From NCBI GenBank assembly GCA_030611105.1, contig JAUWQL010000002.1:6192-70191 (forward strand): 64,000 nt of DNA, read 5' to 3'. This stretch comes from Bacteroidales bacterium (lineage in GTDB: Bacteria; Bacteroidota; Bacteroidia; Bacteroidales; UBA12077). The notes below the pieces were generated by a model that was given only the letters and a program-made list of their open reading frames with translations, was not told the DNA's origin and made no database searches. Below are positions 11,601 through 18,355 of this stretch, in pieces; the stretch's first letter is position 1, and every line of letters begins with the position of its first letter. Both the position numbers and the translations under genes were made by a program.

Positions 11601-12461
11601 TCCACTAATATTATTAGTTACTTCTGTTCTACTGAAATAATATTTAGTCCCATCCGGTATTGTTATAGTAAAATCTTTTATACTTCTTTCAGGATGAAAC
11701 GTCTGCAAAACACATTCAGAAGTAGTATTCTCATCACAAACTTTAATCCATGTTGGTAATACTCCTATTCCTCCTGTAAAGACAGGCACCCAATTACAAT
11801 GCTCACTACTAGAAGTTTGCGGAGCCCAATAAGAAACAGGCTCGCCTTCATCTATTGTAACATCAACTTTCAGATTCTGTTCAGAAGTTAATTTAACAAC
11901 ATAGATACCTGCGTTTTTTTGAATAACAAATTTACCAGAATAACCATTAAAATTAAAATTAAAAACATCAGGTTCTGTATCGATATTCCCCTTGGCAGCT
12001 TCCCAATAAAATTCCTTCTCAGCCCATTCCCCATAGCCTGTATAGCCAGTATTTGAAATATATGGACTTATATCAAAATATCCATTATCTCTTTCATCAG
12101 GGAAACCTCTCATAGTTCTTGCAACAACTCCTCCCGCATTTAATGACCAACCTAATCCAACCCAGCTGGAAATTTCATCAACCTTAAACCCGCCTGCGTG
12201 ATATGAGAGTGAAACAGGCAAGCTAAGTTTTTTACTTTTAGCTTCCCAAATGGGAATATTTATCGACGGTGTTCCTGTATATAAACTAACTGGCACATCT
12301 CCATACTTACCAAGAGCAGCCGCATCAGGTGAAGGTGGAACTTCAACAAAATTATTTACCTCGTATACAGAATTGAACTCTCCAACTTCCTGTGCAAACA
12401 AACTAATATGACAAAGTAAAAAAATACTTAAATAAATGCTGATTTTTGTAATAATTCTCAT
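5691..12461 (-). CDS. Giant (2256 aa) secreted protein: SpvB/TcB-like N-terminal region, YD repeats, then 13 tandem Ig-like/CarboxypepD_reg-like modules
   Basis: Signal peptide MRIITKISIYLSIFLLCHISLFAQE. N-terminal motif LSLPVSLSYHAGGFKVDEISSWVGLGWSLNAGGVVARTMRGFPDE and PDVFNFNFNGYSGKFVI resemble the SpvB/TcB N-terminal pattern. YD repeats YTYDLLTGMTSQSDPNGKITHYEYDGLGRLTNVRD. The C-terminal half has 13 modules of about 82-88 aa (x-ISG-x ... G.Y...V.YGW.G.I..SK.GY.F). Confidence 0.85.
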   Translation of the reverse strand: MRIITKISIYLSIFLLCHISLFAQEVGEFNSVYEVNNFVEVPPSPDAAALGKYGDVPVSLYTGTPSINIPIWEAKSKKLSLPVSLSYHAGGFKVDEISSWVGLGWSLNAGGVVARTMRGFPDERDNGYFDISPYISNTGYTGYGEWAEKEFYWEAAKGNIDTEPDVFNFNFNGYSGKFVIQKNAGIYVVKLTSEQNLKVDVTIDEGEPVSYWAPQTSSSEHCNWVPVFTGGIGVLPTWIKVCDENTTSECVLQTFHPERSIKDFTITIPDGTKYYFSRTEVTNNISGSSEVTSRSEIRYVSAWYLTKITSPFEEDEINITYYDEIDLFAPCESEFQVNPLEIYDNSITETAYTLQTSSTSGCSELDNNKRTSVTTIVSYKIHEIITDNQIIEFIPSTEPRSDLMDGSGSYLKAIHIRDRRTDTEIKRFKLGHSYFQSGVLTYYGNYRLKLDSIKEYSGDESLSLPAYKFSYNSNLPSRGSYNQDHWGYYNGANNTTTFIPEDIDAFQEGADREAHNSYSTCGLINRIDYPTGGYTRFIFEGHDYYDETIPAENINVDAFLEFTPDDDEIVTYRNIDFNQNGYMDFSLSPLIGWDEFENPIVAVVEPITVLTGDPHHNVAEFTYITDNGRNSYTYNENNFTVDEGEPDGLLIKQLILGQGWYRISLKREGWDNGSNFSSNLLLSYKKYGFNSIVNSDAGGARIKQISNYSSENIIVSQKNYEYTQLLDDAKSSGFLASGKPHYDGILYNDFINKYLGLEECKYYTRNSGSYCPLGNTQGSHIGYSTVTEYLSSSEDNGKTIYEFLSPKEYRDYRYNMNPYPPIESEDWKRGHLIKQTVLDSSNKKVVTTINIYDLIENTDFFALKAGFERISCLADEWEDSTKYFIDHRTYEIKGGIGLLSLANTIKNLNGYDVTESKTFLYDSKNQLKIETKKIGNFSLGEEETLQNNYYYPYDLSGSLYSALFSKNIINEKVEVETFKGNTKIKGSLSSYKLGQNDIISKDTIFNYENGAYKGRVVFDRYDEYGNIIQLHKINDMFVSYIWGYNSTLPVARIENCTYNEIQAAIGQTELNKLKLNTLSDQEIRDKINVLRDSLPSANVTTYTYDLLTGMTSQSDPNGKITHYEYDGLGRLTNVRDNDTNLLKEYEYYYQTDNEPIEISGTIQLDATGLEGVIVGLSNGVSTVSDDTGGFSLLADRSFNGSISFEKEGYDIATLNISELGEDLNLDIINASRISYTISGYVFDRYDQPVVHRIENIDDYTNTDVNGYYEFNVEYGTSVLISIYAPTYLVTSLNKPFSQYEFFNIQQNYTNQNFTLFKPIISGRVIDSNGDPVIDAEVNAIMEYDFNHEAFVYARTNTDDQGNFDLEVYYNWSYVNSNITINKNSFEDLTITVDPNVITDVTIGDIVLQRTPLSISGVIKDINNNNIEGVLVTTNSGQSVTTTASGAYSFTVDYDWNGTVSVSHPAYTFANSEFTYSNQISDVIQNYNGTIKNYEISGKVKDESGVGLSGAEVSITGQSSITTTSTGLYSFTVNHGWTGTISVSKTGYSFTTSLHNYDSPGVILDQPNQDFTGTINTYVISGTIHDYHPVGISGVTVKLSDNSDSFVTGSDGIYTLTAEYGWNGYVEVSKTGYTFEKDNCIELCSVFSINNLDQIYNNIDFEGTKLTYAISGTINGIDDIVENVQVTFSDLSSTNPSSNGVFSKNVDYNWSGRVTPIFEGYDFNPIYTDYSEVVSMQRIVNYTATLKTYKVSGHIKKDGVGLSGVSVAYSGLGSVTTNSSGYYEKTVDYGWEGSITPSKTGYTFSPGSIPISSTTSVKSNQNFDGTINTYTISGTIRDYHPIGISGVTVKLSDNSDSFVTGSDGTYTLTAEYGWSGTISVSKYGYEFERKCVDPNFCLPFEVNNINTNYSNINFEGTKIYKTISGRISYNGSALSNVKLTFEGLSDVYTNSSGNYTKSVAYGWSGKVTPSKTGYNFSPEYINYSNVIVAKSFQNYTATLKTYKVSGYITKDGSALSSVSVSFSGLGTVTTNSSGYYYKYVNYNWNGTITPSKTGYTFSPSSISPGSITYTKSNQNFTATLKTYTITGYVKDDDGNAISGASLSMSTGGTKTSSSTGYYSFSVNHGWTGSISVSKTGYTFSTSTRNYSSAVVANKSNQNFVGEVIMIPISGRIYSYSPWLGEFGIGDVIMTDAKGSETGTYTAITNSEGYYTVYVPYGWNGSIYPYPYGDYSPKYYSYSNVTQAISNKNYEKEGLVRL
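6230..7745 (-). repeat. Tandem duplication (2 x about 756/759 nt) of a three-module block inside the giant gene
   Basis: Modules 6-8 and 9-11 are pairwise near-identical. Example: INTYVISGTIHDYHPVGISGVTVKLSDNSDSFVTGSDGIYTLTAEYGW versus INTYTISGTIRDYHPIGISGVTVKLSDNSDSFVTGSDGTYTLTAEYGW. DNA matches at offsets 756-759 (6843 versus 7599; 6472 versus 7231). Confidence 0.75.
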
Positions 12462-12828
12462 ATCAATAATAAATTATAAATTTTCAAAACGAAATCTAAA
12501 TTATAACGATTAACTTTTGAGGCTATATAATATAGTATGTTTTATAACACAATCATAATTTTGGAAATTTCATAAACAAATTTTGAGTTTTCACTTTCGC
12601 AAATAACCGTAGTAGACTAATAATTAAGAAATAAAGATATTAACATTCCAAAATTTTAAAACATACTGTTTAAAAGATAAACGTGAGTTTTCAACAAAAA
12701 AATCAATTTTGTTGAAAAGATAATTTCAAAATTTAACGTAAAAAAGAATTTCGGATCTAAGTGTCTTTATTTAAGCAATAAAGGTGTTGAAATTCGCTAA
12801 TTCATATTAGTTCTAAATAATTTAAAAT

Positions 12829-14262
12829 TTAGGAGTTTATCAAAATGGAGTAAATTTCTTCAATGGAAGTTTGCCCGTCTTTAAACAATTCAAAAGCAGA
12901 ATCGGAAAGTGTTTTAAAATTGCTCTCGCCAATAACTTCATGTTCATCAATATTTTGTGCTTTTATTGTTTCGGCTAATTCATGATCAATAGGAATAATT
13001 TCATATACCGCTTTTCGGCCTTTATAACCTGTATAGAAGCATTCTTCGCATCCTTTTGCTAAATAATGCACCTTAACTTGTTGTGGTGGTTTATAATTTC
13101 GTGGGTATAGCATGTTATTAAATTCCTGTTTTTCTTTACAAACGGGGCAGAGTAAACGCACCAATCGTTGTGCAACCGATAAATTTAATGTACTTGCTAC
13201 CAGAAAAGGAGGAACTCCCATATCGTTTAATCGTGATATTGTACCCCAGGCAGAATTAGTATGTATAGTAGATAAAACTAAATGGCCAGTGAGTGCCGCA
13301 CGAACAGCCATTTTTGCTGTTTCGCCATCTCGAATCTCACCTAGCATAATAACATCAGGATCCTGGCGTAAAAATGTTCTCAGTGCACTTGCAAAAGTTA
13401 ATCCTATACTTTCTTTCAACTGTACCTGGTTTATTCCTTCCAAGGTATATTCAATAGGATCCTCAATAGTCACAATATTTGAATGTTCCTTATTTAAAAT
13501 TTTTAAAGTAGCGTACAATGTAGTTGTTTTTCCCGATCCTGTTGGCCCACTAATTAAAATAATGCCATGAGGTTTCTTAATTCCTTCGGAATAATTTCTC
13601 AATTGCTCTGTATTCATTCCCAGCAATTCAATATCAATATCGGTTGCATCTTTGCTTAACAAACGCATTACTACTTTTTCGCCGTATAGTGTTGGCAAAA
13701 CCGAAACACGAATATCAAATTTTTGGTCTCCATCGTGAAAAAATATTCGTCCGTCCTGAGGTAATCTTTTTTCTGCAATATCCAGGTTGGCCTTAATTTT
13801 TATTTTATTGATAATAGACGGGTAATCCTCTTTATTCAATACATAACGTTCAATAAGTTTACCATCAATACGCATTCGAACCCGGCATCTATCTTCGTAT
13901 GTCTCAATATGAATATCAGAGCTTCCTATATCATCGGCTTCTGAGATCAGGTTTATTAAAAAATCATCTGATTTAGGAATAAAAACATCTGCTCTCGAAC
14001 TTTTCGAAGTTTTCTTTTTTCGATAATATTTTCCTAAAGATTTTTGTATAATATTTGAATCGACCTTTTCAAGTTTGATCGTTTTGCCAAAAAGCAATTC
14101 TAATTCGTCGGAAATCTGATCAGAATATTTTGAATCATCTATATAAAATTCTATCTGGTTATTCTCAGAATGTTTTGGAACGATATTATAGTGCCATGCC
14201 TGCTCAGCAGTAATTATCTGCTGAAGTTCAGTTGAAATTTCTATAAATCCATCTCTAATCAT
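12829..14262 (-). CDS. Type II secretion / type IV pilus assembly ATPase (GspE/PilB family)
   Basis: Walker A GPTGSGKTTTLYA, Asp/His boxes, tetracysteine motif CPVC...CEEC, and a T2SSE_N-like N-terminus. Confidence 0.9.
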   Translation of the reverse strand: MIRDGFIEISTELQQIITAEQAWHYNIVPKHSENNQIEFYIDDSKYSDQISDELELLFGKTIKLEKVDSNIIQKSLGKYYRKKKTSKSSRADVFIPKSDDFLINLISEADDIGSSDIHIETYEDRCRVRMRIDGKLIERYVLNKEDYPSIINKIKIKANLDIAEKRLPQDGRIFFHDGDQKFDIRVSVLPTLYGEKVVMRLLSKDATDIDIELLGMNTEQLRNYSEGIKKPHGIILISGPTGSGKTTTLYATLKILNKEHSNIVTIEDPIEYTLEGINQVQLKESIGLTFASALRTFLRQDPDVIMLGEIRDGETAKMAVRAALTGHLVLSTIHTNSAWGTISRLNDMGVPPFLVASTLNLSVAQRLVRLLCPVCKEKQEFNNMLYPRNYKPPQQVKVHYLAKGCEECFYTGYKGRKAVYEIIPIDHELAETIKAQNIDEHEVIGESNFKTLSDSAFELFKDGQTSIEEIYSILINS

Positions 14263-14783
14263 AATTTCCTAATAATGTGTTCTAAAATTATATAATCGTT
14301 ATAAAGACTAAACTTAATAAAAATCTGAGAAATTATAACTACCAACAAAAAAAGAGATTGCAAACCAGCAAGAGGAACTCTTTGCTTTTTATAAATTCTT
14401 AGCCAGTTAATAATTGAATAAACTAATAAAGAAAATATAATCGAAGCAATAAAAAACACTATAAAATTTAAGGGTGAGAAAAGCGGAATTATCATTATAA
14501 GGAATAATAAATCACCGAATCCAAAAACGGATTTAAAGATGTTTTTTCGTTGTTTATATTTAATCCAAGTAAATAGATAGATAATGCACAGTTGAAACAA
14601 CACAAACAAGGTATTAATTACCACATTCAAGAAAATATCTGGCAGGTAATCTACTTTTACAGAGATCCACATTGTAAGTACAAATCCAATAAGAAAAAAA
14701 ATCCAGGATACAGCTTGAAAGCGAAAATCCTGGTATAAAATAATTAGAAGTACTATAAGTAATACAATTTTAATATAAAGCAT
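14259..14783 (-). CDS. Short prepilin peptidase-like membrane protein (A24 family, TadV/CpaA-like, no methyltransferase domain)
   Basis: Polytopic membrane protein. Two candidate catalytic Asp contexts: LYQDFRFQAVS and FGFGDLLFL (compare GxGDxKL). Overlaps the ATPase gene by 4 nt and follows the pilin gene by 3 nt. Confidence 0.55.
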   Translation of the reverse strand: MLYIKIVLLIVLLIILYQDFRFQAVSWIFFLIGFVLTMWISVKVDYLPDIFLNVVINTLFVLFQLCIIYLFTWIKYKQRKNIFKSVFGFGDLLFLIMIIPLFSPLNFIVFFIASIIFSLLVYSIINWLRIYKKQRVPLAGLQSLFLLVVIISQIFIKFSLYNDYIILEHIIRKL

Positions 14784-14786
14784 AAA

Positions 14787-15182
14787 TTAATCCTTCACTA
14801 CTTCACGTAAGTTCTTATCCTGATCAATTTCCCAAACATTAAATGTTCCATCTCCGTCGAAGTCAACAATTGCAGTTGCTTTGGCTTTAAAACTATTAAC
14901 CGATGCTTCAACAACCTCAATGATATAATTCGCTGTACCTCCCTCTGAAACTAACTTTTCGTGTGCGTATCCGATTTCCTCAAAATCCTCAGAATACCTT
15001 GAGTACATATAGAAATAACTTTTCTCAAGCATATGTAAGTGATCCAACTGCAATTTAGCTTCCGTACTTCTGGCTCTTGATATTAGAGGCATTAAATTAG
15101 GTATTGCTAATAGAACCAGTATTCCTATTATAATTAAAACAACCAACAGTTCTGTTAAAGTAAACGCTTTTACCTTTTTCAT
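14787..15182 (-). CDS. Type IV pilin / pseudopilin with prepilin N-terminal cleavage-methylation motif
   Basis: MKKVKAFTLTELLVVLIIIGILVLLAIP: class III signal peptide with Glu at +5 after the predicted cleavage before FTLTE. Confidence 0.85.
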   Translation of the reverse strand: MKKVKAFTLTELLVVLIIIGILVLLAIPNLMPLISRARSTEAKLQLDHLHMLEKSYFYMYSRYSEDFEEIGYAHEKLVSEGGTANYIIEVVEASVNSFKAKATAIVDFDGDGTFNVWEIDQDKNLREVVKD

Positions 15183-15190
15183 ATCATAAT

Positions 15191-15284
15191 CATTTAATCC
15201 AAGTCAAAATTAATCAAATCAATTCATTTTGAAAGGAATATTTACAAAAATAACATAAAATTTATAGACACCTATTCGGACACC
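15191..15284 (-). promoter_or_regulatory. Upstream module of the pilin operon: -7 box plus distal GACACC direct repeats; a near-copy exists at 27620-27711
   Basis: On the minus strand, TAATTTTG (nt 15212-15205). GACACC at 15267-15272 and 15279-15284 (12-nt period). The 40-nt core 15191-15230 is 35/40 identical to 27620-27659. Confidence 0.45.
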
Positions 15285-15337
15285 CTAATTAAATTCTGGC
15301 TTGCATAAGCCTGATTTTGTGCCCTATATATATTAAT

Positions 15338-15358
15338 TTCGACTCCCGCCAGCTCCAC
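15338..15358 (+). mobile_element. tmRNA (ssrA) 3'-terminal fragment; att-type direct repeat of a genomic island
   Basis: TTCGACTCCCGCCAGCTCCAC is the T-loop/T-stem plus 3' acceptor strand (CAGCTCC + discriminator A) characteristic of tmRNA. No 5' part of a tmRNA or tRNA precedes it; the upstream sequence is AT-rich non-RNA-like. Confidence 0.6.
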
Positions 15359-15366
15359 TTTTAATT

Positions 15367-15401
15367 GAAACGTTTTGAAATCAAAAGCCTCAAAACGTTT
15401 C
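15367..15401 (+). terminator. Hairpin immediately after the tmRNA-like fragment
   Basis: Perfect 12-bp inverted repeat: GAAACGTTTTGA (15367-15378) and TCAAAACGTTTC (15390-15401). Confidence 0.4.
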
Positions 15402-15503
15402 TTAATCAACTATTTATAACAATTCTTTGATGCTTTTATTAGGTTAGTTTTTAAGTTATTTTTCATATTTGTTTTACAAATGTTTAACATAAAAAAATAA
15501 CTT

Positions 15504-15821
15504 ATGAATGCATCAGTAAAACTAATTTTAAGAGAAGGCTATGTTCGAAAAAATGGAACAAGTCCGGTTAATCTTCGGTTAACAATTAATAGAAAATCTA
15601 AATACTATTCTTTGGGAATTTTTATTGTTAAAGAAGACCTAAAAAAGAACAAATTTAAGGTTAAAGAAACTGTCCCAAAATCTCAAATAATCAATATTCA
15701 ATTAAGAGACTCTATTTCAAGAGCTGAACAAATCTTATTAGACTTTTTTAAGTTTAATAAACCTCCTACGTTCACAGAATTTGAGAAAATATATAAGGGT
15801 AACTTTTCAAAAGAATATTAA
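15504..15821 (+). pseudogene. Tyrosine integrase, N-terminal arm-binding fragment only (truncated)
   Basis: MNASVKLILREGYVRKNGTSPVNLRLTINRKSKYYSLGIFI resembles the N-terminus of Bacteroidota phage-type integrases. The ORF stops after 105 aa and no catalytic domain follows. Confidence 0.6.
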
Positions 15822-15824
15822 GTC

Positions 15825-15853
15825 AGTACAAAATGAGTACAAAGCAGTACAAA
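15825..15853 (+). repeat. Three tandem AGTACAAA direct repeats (10-11 nt period)
   Basis: AGTACAAA at 15825-15832, 15836-15843 and 15846-15853, directly after the integrase fragment. Confidence 0.5.
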
Positions 15854-16013
15854 ATTGATCTTAAAGTATAAATTAATCTTACTATTATATTTTAAATTTC
15901 TGAGTACTATAAAAAAAATGTATTTAATTCTAACCCAAAATATAAAGAAATATATTGTTAATGTTCAATATAATGAACAAAATTATGTATATTTGTGCAA
16001 AATACTGAACGTT

Positions 16014-16337
16014 ATGGCAAGAAGAAAAAATGTTTTATTACCAAAATCGAAACGAATACTTTTAGAACTTGGCGAAAATATTCGATTAGCAAGATTAAGA
16101 AGAAAATTAAGTACTGAACAAGTTGCTGAAAGAGCAAATATGAGCAGAACAACTTTATATGCTATTGAAAAAGGATCTCCAACAGTTAGTATTGGTTCTT
16201 ACTTTTCTGTATTACAGGTATTAGGATTAGAAAAAGATTTTCTACTTTTAGCAAAGGATGATGTATTGGGAAGAAAATTACAAGATGCCAAAATTAAGAC
16301 ACAAAGACGAGCCCCAAAACGAACAAATAATGAGTAA
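16014..16337 (+). CDS. hipB: HipB-like XRE-family antitoxin
   Basis: Internal ATG at 16014 of track ORF 15855..16337. HTH LSTEQVAERANMSRTTLYAIEKG. Overlaps the HipA start by 8 nt. Confidence 0.75.
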   Translation: MARRKNVLLPKSKRILLELGENIRLARLRRKLSTEQVAERANMSRTTLYAIEKGSPTVSIGSYFSVLQVLGLEKDFLLLAKDDVLGRKLQDAKIKTQRRAPKRTNNE

Positions 16338-17598
16338 AAGAAAAATATGTGTTTATGCAGATTGGCAGGAAATTGACACTCCTTTTTTAATTGGATTTTT
16401 ATATTCTGAAAGATTAAGAGGAAAAGAGATCTTCTCATTTGAATATACTGAAGAATGGTTAAAGTCAGAAAATGCTTTCCTACTTGACCCTGCACTACAA
16501 TTATATTCGGGCTTACATTATTTGAATGATGATGAAAAATCAAACTTTGGAATATTCCTAGATTCATCTCCTGATCGATGGGGACGTTTATTAATGAGAA
16601 GAAGAGAAGCGGCCTTGGCTAGAATTGAAAAACGAACAGAACAAACTTTATTTGAAACAGATTATTTGCTTGGCGTTTATGATGGTCACAGAATGGGAGC
16701 TTTAAGATTTAAATTAGAAGAAGATGAACCATTTTTAAATGATAATAAAGAATTAGCTAGTCCTCCATGGACATCACTCAGAGAATTGGAGCAAATCAGT
16801 TTAAAACTGGAAGATGATGATGTTACAGACGATCCTGAATATTTCAAATGGTTAAGCATGCTAATTGCTCCTGGTTCTTCGTTGGGCGGTGCAAGACCAA
16901 AAGCAAGTGTTATTAATAAAGATGGAAGCTTATGGATTGCTAAATTTCCAAGCCGTAGTGATATAGGAGATGTTGGTGGTTGGGAAATGGTTACTTATGA
17001 ATTAGCATTAAAAGCCGGTATTAACATGGCGGAATCCATGGCACAAAAGTTTTCTTCTAATTACTATACTTTTCTTACCAAACGATTTGATAGAAAGGAG
17101 AAAAATGAACGAATTCATTTTGCATCTGCTATGACCATGTTAGGTTATATCGATGGACAAGACCATAGTGATGGAGCTAGTTACCTTGAATTAGTAGAGT
17201 TTATTAGCAATAATGGAGCTAATGTGAATGAAGATCTAGAAGAATTATGGAGAAGAATCGTTTTTAGTATTTGTGTTTCTAATACCGATGATCATCTACG
17301 AAATCATGGTTTTATACTCTCCGATAAAGGGTGGCTTTTATCTCCTGCTTACGATATAAACCCTAATGAAAATGGATCTGGTTTAAAATTGAATATATCT
17401 GAAAATGACAATGCTCTTGATCTTGACCTTGCCATGGAAGTGCATGAATATTTTAGATTAACACAAGAAAAGGCAGAAGAAATAATAAAAGAAGTAAAGA
17501 AGTCTGTTCAAGATTGGAGAAAAATTGCTACGAAATACGGAATTTCAAAAGCAGAGCAAGAACTTAAAAGTATCGCTTTTTCAAGAGCAAAAGGTTAG
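16330..17598 (+). CDS. hipA: HipA-family type II toxin serine/threonine kinase
   Basis: HipA N-terminal coupling region (ICVYADWQE..IGFLY). Motifs GSSLGGARPKASV and NTDDHLRNHGF. Confidence 0.9.
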   Translation: MSKRKICVYADWQEIDTPFLIGFLYSERLRGKEIFSFEYTEEWLKSENAFLLDPALQLYSGLHYLNDDEKSNFGIFLDSSPDRWGRLLMRRREAALARIEKRTEQTLFETDYLLGVYDGHRMGALRFKLEEDEPFLNDNKELASPPWTSLRELEQISLKLEDDDVTDDPEYFKWLSMLIAPGSSLGGARPKASVINKDGSLWIAKFPSRSDIGDVGGWEMVTYELALKAGINMAESMAQKFSSNYYTFLTKRFDRKEKNERIHFASAMTMLGYIDGQDHSDGASYLELVEFISNNGANVNEDLEELWRRIVFSICVSNTDDHLRNHGFILSDKGWLLSPAYDINPNENGSGLKLNISENDNALDLDLAMEVHEYFRLTQEKAEEIIKEVKKSVQDWRKIATKYGISKAEQELKSIAFSRAKG

Positions 17599-17642
17599 TA
17601 TTAAATACATTTATAACAAGAATTATACCAGATCGGATATAA

Positions 17643-17981
17643 TTACATATTTAACTTCATCTCCCCCGTTTCTTCGTCTAATTCAAGGGAATCTACAAAA
17701 GCAAGATATTCTTTCACCTTAACAAAGTTAGGCGGCACCCAGGAACAACCAGTTGGGGTTGAATCAAACTCCCTAAAATCAATTACATCAACCACTTCCC
17801 TAGTGAAAGTTTTGTAAACAACTATTTTCTTATTATAAATCATTAATTTTAATAAAACTGAAACCATTTCTTGTTCATCTTCTTCATCGGACAATGAAGT
17901 AAAATAATCAAAGAATTTATAGTTAGTTAACTTAACAAACTCCGCATAGTATTTTAGCTCATTAAATGTCCAATTAATCAT
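17643..17981 (-). CDS. Hypothetical protein (acidic, 112 aa)
   Basis: ORF only; no motif recognised. Confidence 0.35.
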   Translation of the reverse strand: MINWTFNELKYYAEFVKLTNYKFFDYFTSLSDEEDEQEMVSVLLKLMIYNKKIVVYKTFTREVVDVIDFREFDSTPTGCSWVPPNFVKVKEYLAFVDSLELDEETGEMKLNM

Positions 17982-18355
17982 AGTTTGTCCTAAAATACAT
18001 TATACCATTTAGAATCTTTAAACAAGTAGGCTTTCCCATTCCAATAATCTTCTTTTTTATCATCCCACTCATAACCCGTATTTACTAATTCATAAAATAT
18101 ATTTTTAGTTTTTGAATTATCAATAATATTAATTATTGATGTAAATCCATCATTTGGATGTAAGAAGAAATCTCCATTTACATGAATTGATTTATTTAAT
18201 TGAGTAATTCTATTTTCAAACTATTACCAATAGTTTGGTTTAAGTATTTTTTCGTGATTATTACCGAATAATGGTAATGTTCTAGAAATTTTACTAAACC
18301 TATATTATATTTGTTATGGCTGTTTTTACAGTATTAGAAAATTAACGAAACTGGT

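Noticed and set aside
12556-12718. Plus-strand TAATTTTG -7-like box (12556-12563) and a 12-bp AT-only palindrome, TTTTCAACAAAA/TTTTGTTGAAAA (12688-12718), in the 367-nt spacer between the ATPase and giant genes.
   Set aside because: There is no plus-strand gene or terminator downstream to define a transcript. AT-only palindromes are common in this composition. I could not find a convincing minus-strand promoter for the giant gene either.
13112-13570. Antisense ORFs inside long genes (13112..13570 in the ATPase gene; also 10725..11039, 9170..9382, 33440..33754, 41285..41497, 61174..61439 and similar).
   Set aside because: Each lies wholly within a well-supported gene on the opposite strand and has low-complexity or motif-free translations.
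15338-15358. Possible complete tRNA or tmRNA gene.
   Set aside because: Only the T-loop/acceptor 3' strand is present. The upstream 300 nt are AT-rich and cannot form the D or anticodon arms or a tmRNA body. It is called an att-type fragment instead.
15855-16013. N-terminal 53-aa extension of the HipB-like ORF in the track.
   Set aside because: The extension is a low-complexity Ile/Lys/Leu-rich translation of AT-rich DNA. The HTH protein starts plausibly at the ATG at 16014. Similarly, 16258-16329 was rejected as a HipA extension.
17992-18300. Minus-strand reading frame (...KISRTLPLFGNNHEKILKPNYW-stop-stop-FENRITQLNKSIHVNGDFFLHPNDGF...WNGKAYLFKDSKWYNVF) upstream of 17643..17981, with a TAATAG double stop at 18221-18226.
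   Set aside because: It looks like a decayed gene, but it has no start codon after the stops and no motif I can recognise. This is insufficient to call a pseudogene.
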